Shown: positions 9,613 to 18,495 of the stretch, piece after piece
How the letters are laid out: each line of letters begins with the position of its first letter
Numbering within the stretch: the first letter of the stretch is position 1
Program-made: the position numbers and the translations under genes
The notes under the pieces: model-generated
What the model was told of the DNA's origin: nothing
The model's input: the letters and a program-made list of their open reading frames with translations, nothing else
Databases searched by the model: none
Virus record (IMG/VR): IMGVR_UViG_3300016665_000619
Location: 27,088 to 91,087 of that record
Strand: one strand, 5' to 3'
Source of the DNA: a virus
Length of the DNA: 64,000 bases

Positions 9613-10404
9613 ATGTTTCATATTGACAAATACAGAAACTTTGTTTCCATGTTTAGTAGAAATTCTACTGGATTTTGGTTAGAGCCTGTTAATCCTGGTA
9701 TAGTTGATGCAGGTTTAATATTGCATTATGATATTTCTGTATCTGCGTCATATGGCGGCTCTGGAGTTAATCTATTTGATCTTGAAGGTAGTAGCAATGC
9801 AACTCTTGTTAATGCTCCAACGTATAGCGCCGACAATGGCGGTATATTAACTCTTAATGGTGTAGATGAAGGTATATATACAAACGCCTCATTAAACTCA
9901 AAGTTTCCAGGGGTTTCTCCTACTAAATCTGAAGCACAATCTACGTTTGTTTGGGTTAATCCAGTAACACAAGGAAATATAATTGTAGAGCGTGGTAATT
10001 CTGGTTTGAATGATGTTGCATGGTTTAACAGCGATATTGACGTTGTTAATGTTGGAGGCGCCGCAGAATTTCGTTTATCTGCTTGGCAAGGTAATCTTGT
10101 TACAAGAGTTACTTCTTCACAAACTTTTAATAACTGGTATTATGTTGGATGGACTTATGATGGTTCGACATTAGTTGGATATGTTAATGGAGTTTCAGTT
10201 GGATCGGTTGCTATTAATAGAATTGCGCCATACAACGTTGGTGAAAATTTATTTTTCTCAATAGGCTCTTCAACTGCAACAAATATGGGAGTTGGTTCAT
10301 ATTGTAATATGAAGTTTGGCGCTTTCCATGTTTATAGCGTAGCTTTATCTGGGTCGCAGGTATTACAAAATTATAATGCAGCCCGCACACGTTTTGGTTT
10401 ATAA
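9613..10404 (+). CDS. LamG/concanavalin A-like domain virion protein
   Basis: GLILHYD..SY, NNWYYVGWTYDG..YVNG, YSVALS..QVLQNYNA..RFG pattern. Confidence 0.8.
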   Translation: MFHIDKYRNFVSMFSRNSTGFWLEPVNPGIVDAGLILHYDISVSASYGGSGVNLFDLEGSSNATLVNAPTYSADNGGILTLNGVDEGIYTNASLNSKFPGVSPTKSEAQSTFVWVNPVTQGNIIVERGNSGLNDVAWFNSDIDVVNVGGAAEFRLSAWQGNLVTRVTSSQTFNNWYYVGWTYDGSTLVGYVNGVSVGSVAINRIAPYNVGENLFFSIGSSTATNMGVGSYCNMKFGAFHVYSVALSGSQVLQNYNAARTRFGL

Positions 10405-10421
10405 ATCAACAAAATAAATAG

Positions 10422-10450
10422 TTTAAAATGGGTTAATAACTTGATATAGT
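10422..10450 (+). promoter_or_regulatory. Candidate sigma70-type promoter
   Basis: TTTAAA-N17-TATAGT with extended -10 TG; same architecture as 12237-12265. Confidence 0.5.
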
Positions 10451-10475
10451 AGTTGTAAAGGAAAAGGTATCAGTT

Positions 10476-11099
10476 ATGACGATGAAGATGGACCGTGAGA
10501 TTACTATCAAGCGTAGAAAGCATCCTTCTGCCCCACGTTATCCCGGTCGTGCAAATCAGGAACTTGGTTCTGCTATAACAAAGCTTCTATCTCTACTTGA
10601 TATGGTAGAGCGAGAGCAGTTTGCAGATCGTTGCCTTGTTCTTGATGAAGAGGGCACCGCAGCAGATTTTGATGCAGTCTTGGAGGGCGATACTATTGGT
10701 ATTGCTTTGGAGTTTGAAGATGGATATCTTTCTACCCAGCTAAAGGTAGACAGGGTTCTTGATGATGTTATCTACGGTAAGGATATCTTTACCGAGGATG
10801 ATCTTGAAGTAAGTTTTGAAGAAGCTTCTGCTGCCCGTGCAATGGGTTATTTTGAGATTCTTTATCGTCCTGATGCAGAGGGTAAGGATGAACCTTATGG
10901 AGTTGAAACGGAAATGAAGGTAAAGATTATGGTTGAGGAACAGGATCCTGGCGACGAACACAAGGAAGAGGTGTCTACAACGCCCGAGGGCTTGCCGGAT
11001 AATATTGAGTCGGTCATTGGTGCATCTACAGATCCGGAGGCTCTAAAGGCGCTTCTGGAGGCACAGAACAACGAATCAGACAATGATGATGGAGCATAA
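10476..11099 (+). CDS. Hypothetical acidic protein
   Basis: 207-aa ORF with AAGG SD and phage-like codon usage; no recognised motif. Confidence 0.7.
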   Translation: MTMKMDREITIKRRKHPSAPRYPGRANQELGSAITKLLSLLDMVEREQFADRCLVLDEEGTAADFDAVLEGDTIGIALEFEDGYLSTQLKVDRVLDDVIYGKDIFTEDDLEVSFEEASAARAMGYFEILYRPDAEGKDEPYGVETEMKVKIMVEEQDPGDEHKEEVSTTPEGLPDNIESVIGASTDPEALKALLEAQNNESDNDDGA

Positions 11100-11121
11100 T
11101 TAATCTCTTTACGAGGTTAAT

Positions 11122-11316
11122 ATGACACCAATAGAAAGATTCAGAGAGTCCGCAAAAAAATTTATTCGTTCTAACAAAGATAAAGAAGCAATCTATCAAT
11201 ATTCGGTTGCTGTTTGGACCGCTACTATTCCCGGTAGTGGTCTTTCTTTTATGGACATTTTTGATGTTTTAGACGAAGAATTTGATAAGCATCTTAAAGA
11301 AGGAAAAGAAAGTTGA
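11122..11316 (+). CDS. Small hypothetical protein
   Basis: 64 aa; GAGG SD; stop overlaps the next start (TTGA). Confidence 0.65.
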   Translation: MTPIERFRESAKKFIRSNKDKEAIYQYSVAVWTATIPGSGLSFMDIFDVLDEEFDKHLKEGKES

Positions 11317-12236
11317 CATTAAACGGCATACCAAAAGAATATTTCATCCCACCGGCTACAGAAGTTATATTTGTAGCTGATTTCTTTGCAGAAGAATTGA
11401 TTGGCGGAGCAGAGCTTACAAGCGAAGCAATTATCAAGGCTTCACCTTATAAGCTTTTCAAGCTTCATAGCCATTCTCTTACTGAACAAATGCTCAAACA
11501 GCATCGTGATAAGTTGTGGGTTTTTGGAAACTATACAATGGTTCCTCCACATATCCTTAATCAAGTAATGCAGCTTGGTGTTAAATACTATTTCTTTGAA
11601 TATGACTTTAAACCTTGCGTATTGCGCTCAACATTAAAGCACGAAATGCAATCTGGGAAACCATGCGATTGTCATACTCAAATGTATGGTAAGTTTCATG
11701 CAACTTTTATGACCGGAGCAAAAGTCCTTTATTGGTGTTCTGATAAGCAACGAGATAAGTTTTATTCGTTATATCCAGAGTTAAAAGGTCGCACAAAAGA
11801 TTTTACACAGGGCAGCACCTATTATCCAGAAACTATTCTTAACATTCGTAAGATTAGACAGCGTAAAGAAGCTGGTGAGTTAGTTCCAGAAAATCGCTGG
11901 GCTATTCTTGGCAGCGATAGCTGGATCAAAGGAACCGAAGACGCTATCAAATATTGTAAAGAAAACAATATGCCTTATGTGATTCTAAAAGGGCTTAGTA
12001 ATGAAAAGTTCCTCGAGGAATTGGCAAAGAGTAAGGGATTAGTTTTCTTTCCAAGAGATATTGATGTAGGATCACGCATTACTACAGAATGTAAATTGCT
12101 TGGTGGCGAACCTCTTGTTAATCATTTTGTATTGCACGTATCAGAGGAATGGTTTAATAAGAGTATTCCCGAGATTGAAGAATATTTGATTGACGGTCCT
12201 GCGAGATTTTGGCGTGTTTTACAGGAAAATAAATGA
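11313..12236 (+). CDS. Putative GT-B glycosyltransferase-like protein
   Basis: N-terminal GGAE motif, WIKG, and a C-terminal D-x-G-SRITTECKLLG resembling the GT4 EX7E region. Confidence 0.6.
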   Translation: MTLNGIPKEYFIPPATEVIFVADFFAEELIGGAELTSEAIIKASPYKLFKLHSHSLTEQMLKQHRDKLWVFGNYTMVPPHILNQVMQLGVKYYFFEYDFKPCVLRSTLKHEMQSGKPCDCHTQMYGKFHATFMTGAKVLYWCSDKQRDKFYSLYPELKGRTKDFTQGSTYYPETILNIRKIRQRKEAGELVPENRWAILGSDSWIKGTEDAIKYCKENNMPYVILKGLSNEKFLEELAKSKGLVFFPRDIDVGSRITTECKLLGGEPLVNHFVLHVSEEWFNKSIPEIEEYLIDGPARFWRVLQENK

Positions 12237-12265
12237 TTTAAATCCATTAATGGATATGATATTCT
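12237..12265 (+). promoter_or_regulatory. Candidate sigma70-type promoter
   Basis: TTTAAA-N17-TATTCT with extended -10 TG. Confidence 0.5.
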
Positions 12266-12284
12266 AATAAATGGAGTTGAAGTA

Positions 12285-12425
12285 ATGACTATTGAACCAA
12301 AGCACAGAACAGAATTTACACCTGACACAGACGAAGTTTTCTTTATTCCCGAACGAGAGCCAAATGATCGGGAACATTATGAGCAGGATACAGAGTGGCC
12401 AGACGAGGATGAATACCGTGAGTGA
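12285..12425 (+). CDS. Unannotated 46-aa highly acidic protein
   Basis: MTIEPKHRTEFTPDTDEVFFIPEREPNDREHYEQDTEWPDEDEYRE; GGAG SD at 12273; stop overlaps the GTG of the next gene (GTGAGTGA). Confidence 0.65.
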   Translation: MTIEPKHRTEFTPDTDEVFFIPEREPNDREHYEQDTEWPDEDEYRE

Positions 12426-13431
12426 TCATTTTTACAAGCCATACGTTGATATTGGTTCCTTGGATTACAAGGACGTTTTCCTCGTTCCTCAATACAGCGA
12501 AGTAACCTCACGTTCGCAGGTGTCTACTTCTGTCCATATTGGAGATATGACAATTAACGTTCCTGTTATTTCTGCGAACATGGATACCGTCACCGCTGGT
12601 GAAATGGCTCAGGCTATGTCTGTTGGTGGTGGGATTGGTGCTATCCATCGTTTCATGGATGTAAATCAGAACGTTCGTGAGTTTGAGATCGCTCATGGCA
12701 ACCTTCATCCCTGTTTTGTTTCTATCGGTGTTAACGAAGAGAGCAGGGATCGAGCCGTAGCACTTTATAATGCTGGTGCTCGTAACTTTGTTATTGATAT
12801 TGCTCACGGTCATTCCCGCATGATGCGAGATATGACTACTTGGCTTCGTGGCAAGTATTCAGACGTTTATATTATGGCTGGAAATGTGGCTACTGGTCAG
12901 GCTGTTAGGGATCTTGTTTCTTGGGGCGCTAATGCTGTTAAAGTTGGTATTGGTCCCGGCAACGTTTGCACCACAAAGAATGTTACTGGTGTTACCGTTC
13001 CACAGTTTAGTGCTGTTAAGGAATGTGCTAGTGTTGTTCGTGGTATGCATAACAAGCCTCTAATTGTTGCTGATGGTGGTATTACCGAGATTGGTGATAT
13101 TGCTAAGGCTCTTGGTGCTGGTGCCGATCTTGTCATGTGTGGCAGATTGTTTGCAAGTTGCCGTGAGGCTCCCGGTGAGCGTGTAGGTGGTAAGAAGGTT
13201 TATCGTGGTATGGCAAGCCGTGATGCTATGTCAACAATTCGTAATCCTAACTCTCTTCCTACAGCAGAAGGCATTTCAACCCTTATTGATGCAAGCGAGC
13301 ATAGCGTCATTGATGTAGTTAATCAGATTAAGGGAGGTTTGCAGAGCGCCTTTTCTTATTCTAATGCTCGTAATCTCAGCGAATTCCATATGAATGCAAA
13401 CTTTGGAATTCGCCATACACAAATGAAGTGA
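12418..13431 (+). CDS. IMP dehydrogenase / GMP reductase family protein (no CBS domains)
   Basis: SANMDTVT, GGIGAIHRF, IDIAHGHS, AGNVAT, catalytic loop KVGIGPGNVCTT, ADGGI, YRGMAS. Likely start is GTG 12418 (GAGGA SD), not TTG 12292. Confidence 0.93.
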   Translation: MSDHFYKPYVDIGSLDYKDVFLVPQYSEVTSRSQVSTSVHIGDMTINVPVISANMDTVTAGEMAQAMSVGGGIGAIHRFMDVNQNVREFEIAHGNLHPCFVSIGVNEESRDRAVALYNAGARNFVIDIAHGHSRMMRDMTTWLRGKYSDVYIMAGNVATGQAVRDLVSWGANAVKVGIGPGNVCTTKNVTGVTVPQFSAVKECASVVRGMHNKPLIVADGGITEIGDIAKALGAGADLVMCGRLFASCREAPGERVGGKKVYRGMASRDAMSTIRNPNSLPTAEGISTLIDASEHSVIDVVNQIKGGLQSAFSYSNARNLSEFHMNANFGIRHTQMK

Positions 13432-13434
13432 AAT

Positions 13435-14400
13435 ATGACAAAGTTCCAGCTACCTCTATTTGAAGATCCTACAACCCTTCCAACCGGAAAGCATCACGTT
13501 TCTTATTCGGAAATCTCTGATTGGATGGATTGTTCTTATCGTCACCGTCTTAAGCACGTTGAAAAGATTATTCTTGGAAAGCCAAGCATCCATACAGAAT
13601 ATGGTCAGGTAATCCACGATGTTCTTGAGAATTATATTCTTGGTAAGCATGAGCTTAATGACGAAACGATTACTGCTGCAACAAAGCAGTTTCGTGAACA
13701 TTGCGATAAGCTAAAGGAGGAGCATGGCGTTGAAGTGTCTGATAAGGACTTTAATGATTTTGCAGCTTCAATTCCTCAGATTGTAAATGCAGTTCCAACC
13801 TTTATGGATGAAACGTTTCCAGGCTGGACAGGATTTGCAGCAGAGCACGCTCTATATGAGAGTGTAGCTGGACAAACAAACAAGTGGTTCAAGGGCTATA
13901 TTGATACCATCATTCGTATGCCCAAGAATGCCCGCAAGAAGCGTGGAAGTTCCTTGCCAGATAAGGACACCGATAAGCCAGTTGTAATGCGCCTATCGGA
14001 GCTTGTAGGGCAAGTAGAGGGTGGAGAGAAGCCAGAGTTTGGTGATGGATATGAGTTCTGGATTCTGGATTGGAAGACTACTTCATGGGGCTGGGATGCT
14101 ATGAAGAAGAGGGATTTCCAGAAGCAGTTGCAGCTTGTATTCTACAAGCATTATTTCTGTCGCCTATTCAATCTACGTCTTGATCAGGTTAAGTGTGGAT
14201 TTGTCTTGCTTAAGAGAACCCCACGTAAGACGGATAATAGCCGTTGTGAGCTTGTTCCAGTAAGTGTTGGACCAAAGACCGAGGCAAAGGCTCTTGAGGT
14301 TCTAAACAATATGATTAATCAGGTGGCAAGTGGTCGTGCAATCAAGAACAGGGCTTCTTGTAGGTTCTGCGATTATAATGGCACAGAGCATTGCACCTGA
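13435..14400 (+). CDS. PD-(D/E)XK nuclease, Cas4/AddB/RecB-like, with 4-Cys Fe-S staple
   Basis: SYS..W..C at the N-terminus, G..IH, E..L, GYID, ILDWKT, QL..Y, C-terminal CRFCDY....C. Confidence 0.88.
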   Translation: MTKFQLPLFEDPTTLPTGKHHVSYSEISDWMDCSYRHRLKHVEKIILGKPSIHTEYGQVIHDVLENYILGKHELNDETITAATKQFREHCDKLKEEHGVEVSDKDFNDFAASIPQIVNAVPTFMDETFPGWTGFAAEHALYESVAGQTNKWFKGYIDTIIRMPKNARKKRGSSLPDKDTDKPVVMRLSELVGQVEGGEKPEFGDGYEFWILDWKTTSWGWDAMKKRDFQKQLQLVFYKHYFCRLFNLRLDQVKCGFVLLKRTPRKTDNSRCELVPVSVGPKTEAKALEVLNNMINQVASGRAIKNRASCRFCDYNGTEHCT

Positions 14401-14429
14401 TAACCAAAAAAACCGGCGTGAGATAAACT

Positions 14430-14461
14430 ATCCTGTGAGCTGTAAAGCCACAGGATTTTTT
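14430..14461 (+). terminator. Rho-independent terminator
   Basis: ATCCTGTG(A)GCT-GTAA-AGCCACAGGAT hairpin with a GNRA loop, followed by a T-run. Confidence 0.8.
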
Positions 14462-14551
14462 ATGTTTATGATTTGGATGAATGCTGCCGTATTAGGAATA
14501 GCAGTTTTAATTTTTATTGGAACAATAAGTTTAGGTAAGGGTAAAAAATGA
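14462..14551 (+). CDS. Possible 29-aa single-pass membrane peptide
   Basis: MFMIWMNAAVLGIAVLIFIGTISLGKGKK; stop overlaps the next start (ATGA). Confidence 0.4.
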   Translation: MFMIWMNAAVLGIAVLIFIGTISLGKGKK

Positions 14552-15063
14552 ATATAACATTTCGCACTATGTTAAAAGAATTGGGGCGTCCAGTTGCCGG
14601 GATTATTCATGTTGGAACAAATCTCGGAGAACAGGGCAGAGTATACTCAGACAACCATGTTCATCATGTTCTCTGGTTAGATCGTAATCGTGAAAATTTG
14701 TCTGGTTTATATAATAAAACAAAACAGTATCCTCTTATCCAGCAATATATTACTGAAGTGTTTTTAGATCGTGATATTCATAACGTTTCAAAAACATTTG
14801 ATAGTTTTCAAAGAGAAAATGTTGCAAAGCTTCCTATTGAAAAATATGATACTGTCATAGTAGACGTAGATGATGGTAGTGAGATGAAAGTGCTTCAAGG
14901 ATTTGAAAAGAATCTGAGCCGCTCCCCATCTTTTATTAGAAATATTCATACCAAGGTAAGAGGGGTTGGAGATATGGATCAGTATCTTTCCCAGTTTGGT
15001 TTTAAACAAGTTTGCAAAAGCTTAAATGAAATAGGATGGGGCGACGTGCTCTATACAAGGTGA
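14548..15063 (+). CDS. FkbM-like methyltransferase (degenerate)
   Basis: GIIHVGTNLGEQ, VDVDDGSEMKVLQG (cf. IDVQGAEL.VLKG), WGDVLY. Confidence 0.6.
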   Translation: MNITFRTMLKELGRPVAGIIHVGTNLGEQGRVYSDNHVHHVLWLDRNRENLSGLYNKTKQYPLIQQYITEVFLDRDIHNVSKTFDSFQRENVAKLPIEKYDTVIVDVDDGSEMKVLQGFEKNLSRSPSFIRNIHTKVRGVGDMDQYLSQFGFKQVCKSLNEIGWGDVLYTR

Positions 15064-15067
15064 CAAG

Positions 15068-16072
15068 ATGAAGATAAGTGCATATTGTACTGTAAGAAAT
15101 GCATTAGAAATGGAATATCCATATTTGGAGTCTATTCGTAGTCATTTGGCATTTGCTGATGAAGTAGTTGTTTTTGATACAAGTAATGGCAAGGATAAAA
15201 CATTAGAAACTTTAAATGCATTAGCTACAACAGAACCAAAACTTAAAGTTGTTCACAGCGATAAGGTTCCATGGGATGCTCCAAATCACGGAATGTATGA
15301 TGGTTATACCAAAACTCTATCAAGAAAACAATGCACAGGAGATATTCTTTGGCAGTTTGATATCGATGAAGTTGTTCATGAAAAGCACATTCCACTAATC
15401 AAGCCGCTTGCTGAAACATTCATGAAACAAAATATATATCATTTATTAGCACTTCCTGTGGTTGATTATTGGGGACGTGATGGTAAAGCAAGATTAGATG
15501 TAACTGTATGGAAATGGCGTTTATCTAAAAATCATTCAGATATATTGCACGGCATTCCATTGCATTTACGAAAGTATGAAAACGGTTTGTTGTATGCACA
15601 ACATGGAACAGATGGTTGCGACTACATATCCGCTGATAGTGGTCATATTATTCCATGTGCTGGATATTTGCCACCAGGATTTGAACATATAAAACAATCA
15701 GCAATTCGTGATGAAAGATTGGTTCCAAAAGTAGAAAAGTTTCTTAACGATACTTTAAAAGAACTACCAGGCGTTCATCATTATTCTTGGTTTAACATTG
15801 AGCGGAAGATTAGAAACTTCAGAACATTCTGGAATGCTTCATGGAAGAGTCTCTATAACGAAGACAGAGACGAAAAAACAAATCCATTCTTTCCTGGTCT
15901 TACTTGGGCAGAGATAACGGATGATATGATTAAGCAAAAATCTTTAGAGCTCGAACAAGGAACTGGTGGGCATGTATTCCATCGTCCTTGGGATGGAAGT
16001 AAAAATAATTCATATAGAGTTGAAATGGGTCATCCAGATATAGTAAAAGATTGGATTGAGAGAAACAAATGA
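15068..16072 (+). CDS. Glycosyltransferase family 2 (GT-A)
   Basis: KISAY..VRN, YPYLESIRS, DEVVV.D, CTGD.LWQFDIDE (DxD). Confidence 0.85.
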   Translation: MKISAYCTVRNALEMEYPYLESIRSHLAFADEVVVFDTSNGKDKTLETLNALATTEPKLKVVHSDKVPWDAPNHGMYDGYTKTLSRKQCTGDILWQFDIDEVVHEKHIPLIKPLAETFMKQNIYHLLALPVVDYWGRDGKARLDVTVWKWRLSKNHSDILHGIPLHLRKYENGLLYAQHGTDGCDYISADSGHIIPCAGYLPPGFEHIKQSAIRDERLVPKVEKFLNDTLKELPGVHHYSWFNIERKIRNFRTFWNASWKSLYNEDRDEKTNPFFPGLTWAEITDDMIKQKSLELEQGTGGHVFHRPWDGSKNNSYRVEMGHPDIVKDWIERNK

Positions 16073-16908
16073 AAATATCTGTTATAGGTAATGGTTTTGT
16101 TGGAGGCGCAGTTGCAAATGGATTTAAGCACAGAAATCCTTTAGTGTATGATGTAGTGCCTTCTCGTTCTAATTGTTCACTAAACGAAGCTTTAAAAGCC
16201 GAATATATATTCGTTTGCCTTCCTACTCCAATGACTCATGTAGAAGGAGGCAGAGCAAATCTTTCAATATTGTATAGTTTTTTTGAGAGCATAAAAGAAC
16301 TGCCATTGAAAGGAACATTCATTATTAAATCGACTGTTCCAGTAGGCACAACAAGAGCTTTATCCGAAAAATACTCACAGTTTAGATTTGTTCACAATCC
16401 AGAGTTTTTAACTGCTGCTAATGCGAATCATGATTTCATTAATGCTGATAGAACTGTATTAGGTGGCTCAGTTCAAGATGTTGATAAAGTGGCAACATTA
16501 TATGAAACAGATTTTCCAAACATTCCTATTGTTCGTATGGATTCAAACGAATCTGAATTGGTAAAATATGCCGCAAATTGTTTCTTGGCTTTAAAGGTTA
16601 TGTTTTTTAACGAAATAAAGCTTCTTACTGAAGATATCAATGTAAATTATCAAAAAGTCATTGATGGTGTTTCTGCCGATGTAAGAATAGGTCGATCCCA
16701 TACTAGAGTTCCTGGTCCAGATGGAGATTATGGCTTCGGCGGCACGTGTTTTCCCAAAGATATTAATGCTTTTATAAATGTTATAAAAGATTTAAATGGC
16801 AATGCAAAATCTGATATCTTCGAAGCTGTTTGGAAAAGAAATAAAGAAATTAGAAAAGATTGGGACTGGGCTAACAGTAAATCTGCTGTTTTAAAGGAAG
16901 AAAAATGA
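16069..16908 (+). CDS. ugd: UDP-glucose/GDP-mannose 6-dehydrogenase family (lacks C-terminal domain)
   Basis: IGNGFVG, VCLPTP, IKSTVPVG, HNPEFL, SELVKY..N, GFGGTCFPKD. Confidence 0.88.
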   Translation: MKISVIGNGFVGGAVANGFKHRNPLVYDVVPSRSNCSLNEALKAEYIFVCLPTPMTHVEGGRANLSILYSFFESIKELPLKGTFIIKSTVPVGTTRALSEKYSQFRFVHNPEFLTAANANHDFINADRTVLGGSVQDVDKVATLYETDFPNIPIVRMDSNESELVKYAANCFLALKVMFFNEIKLLTEDINVNYQKVIDGVSADVRIGRSHTRVPGPDGDYGFGGTCFPKDINAFINVIKDLNGNAKSDIFEAVWKRNKEIRKDWDWANSKSAVLKEEK

Positions 16909-17771
16909 AAATAGTTACCAATGATTATGGCTGCGGAACATCGAGTTCTATATTAGATTACAATACAGATAATGTGATTATAGTTTCTGAACAAAATCAC
17001 AAGCATCTTTTTGATGTTCGTGGTGAAGACTTATTGTTTATTGGTCATGACTTTTTAATGTATCTTTGGGATAGTCCAATATATCGATCACATTGGAAAA
17101 ACTATAAAGGTAATAAGCACATTTATTGTTTTGAAAAGATCGATTGCATAGTTCCTCAATGGCAGCAAAAAAGTCATTATAGTCTTTCTCTCTGTCAGCA
17201 ATTTACAAATAGCTTCTATGCTAGTGATGAACAAGATTGCCGTAAGTATGGAATCAATTGGTTGCCTCAATGGGCTTCTAGAAGATTCTATGATCAGCGT
17301 TCTCAGGCACCACAAGAAAATCGTATAACCTTTAGTGGACAAGCTGGGACTATCGGATATGAAAAAAGAGATCAGCTTATGGCGCTTATAGCTAATGATT
17401 CAGATATTAAGGATAAGTTCTACGTAAGCAACAAAGGTAGAACAAAGTCTTGGGATGATTACATATCAAACTTTCTTAATCATAAAATCATATTGGCACC
17501 TTTTGGAAATTTTAAAGGTTTTAATACAAGAACATATGAAGCATTGACCTCTGGAAGAATTTTACTTCAACAAGTTGATAGTGAATATAAATGGCATATT
17601 GATTCTATATCGAAGTTTAAAAACGTGATATTTTTCGAAACGTTTGAAGAACTAAAAAATATTTTATTAAATGCTTCGGCTGATGAAATGCAGAACCGAT
17701 TTGATCAAGAGCCGCTTAATCAATATGAAGAAAACAATTTAATTAGTCGATTAAAACTGGTTGAAAAATGA
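16905..17771 (+). CDS. Putative glycosyltransferase (CgeB/GT-B C-terminal type)
   Basis: ITFSG..R, NTRTYEAL.SG..LLQ motif. Confidence 0.65.
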   Translation: MKIVTNDYGCGTSSSILDYNTDNVIIVSEQNHKHLFDVRGEDLLFIGHDFLMYLWDSPIYRSHWKNYKGNKHIYCFEKIDCIVPQWQQKSHYSLSLCQQFTNSFYASDEQDCRKYGINWLPQWASRRFYDQRSQAPQENRITFSGQAGTIGYEKRDQLMALIANDSDIKDKFYVSNKGRTKSWDDYISNFLNHKIILAPFGNFKGFNTRTYEALTSGRILLQQVDSEYKWHIDSISKFKNVIFFETFEELKNILLNASADEMQNRFDQEPLNQYEENNLISRLKLVEK

Positions 17772-17790
17772 TTAGTATAAAGGATTTAAA

Positions 17791-18495
17791 ATGAGAGAAA
17801 ATATTAATATCGAAGAAGTTACTGTGGAAAGATGGATGGAAGCTCAAAAGGCAGAATTAGCGTGTTGGGTTAATGAGCCTAATGATAATGAAGATTGGAA
17901 TTCATGGTGGGCTTCCAAATTCATGAATTATGAATTTCTTAAAAGAGAAAAAAAGATTGAATCGATATATGAAGTCGGCTGCGGTCCTTATGCTAAAAAC
18001 ATTGAGCTAGTATGTCATTCATTAGGATATACTCCAAAACGTATCCTATTAGAAGATCCATTGTTAGAACAATATATTTCTTTAAACAAGTCTGTTAAAC
18101 GTTTTTCTGGATATTCAAACATAAAAATGTTTAGTAAGCCAATGGAACAGTTTTCATTAGCAGAACATAATGTCGAACCAGTTGATGTATTGATCTGCAA
18201 CAATGTTTTAGATCACGTTCAATCTGTTGAAGCTTGTTTTCAGCATATGTTCTCATCACTAAAAGATGATGGTATATTAATTTTTGGTCAAGATTTAACT
18301 TCCAATGAGGACATTTTAAAACATGGTGACTTAAATGATCCTTGTCATCCTATAAGACTTGATGAATCAGTTATAAGAAAACATGTTGAATCGTATACGA
18401 CAATATATGAAAATATATTGCCAAGAGAAGAAGGCAGAAACCCAGAGTATCATTACGCAACATTTATATTTGCAGGTCGAAAGAAAAAGATATGA
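17791..18495 (+). CDS. Class I SAM-dependent methyltransferase
   Basis: YEVGCGP, DPL, D.LICNNVLDHV, LKDDG. Confidence 0.85.
   Translation: MRENINIEEVTVERWMEAQKAELACWVNEPNDNEDWNSWWASKFMNYEFLKREKKIESIYEVGCGPYAKNIELVCHSLGYTPKRILLEDPLLEQYISLNKSVKRFSGYSNIKMFSKPMEQFSLAEHNVEPVDVLICNNVLDHVQSVEACFQHMFSSLKDDGILIFGQDLTSNEDILKHGDLNDPCHPIRLDESVIRKHVESYTTIYENILPREEGRNPEYHYATFIFAGRKKKI

Noticed and set aside
12292-12417. N-terminal extension on the IMPDH-family ORF
   Set aside because: Better explained by a separate 46-aa ORF in another frame and a GTG start at 12418 with its own SD.
14330-14461. 5' part of ORF 14330..14551
   Set aside because: It overlaps the nuclease gene and runs through a terminator; only the last 29 codons are plausible.
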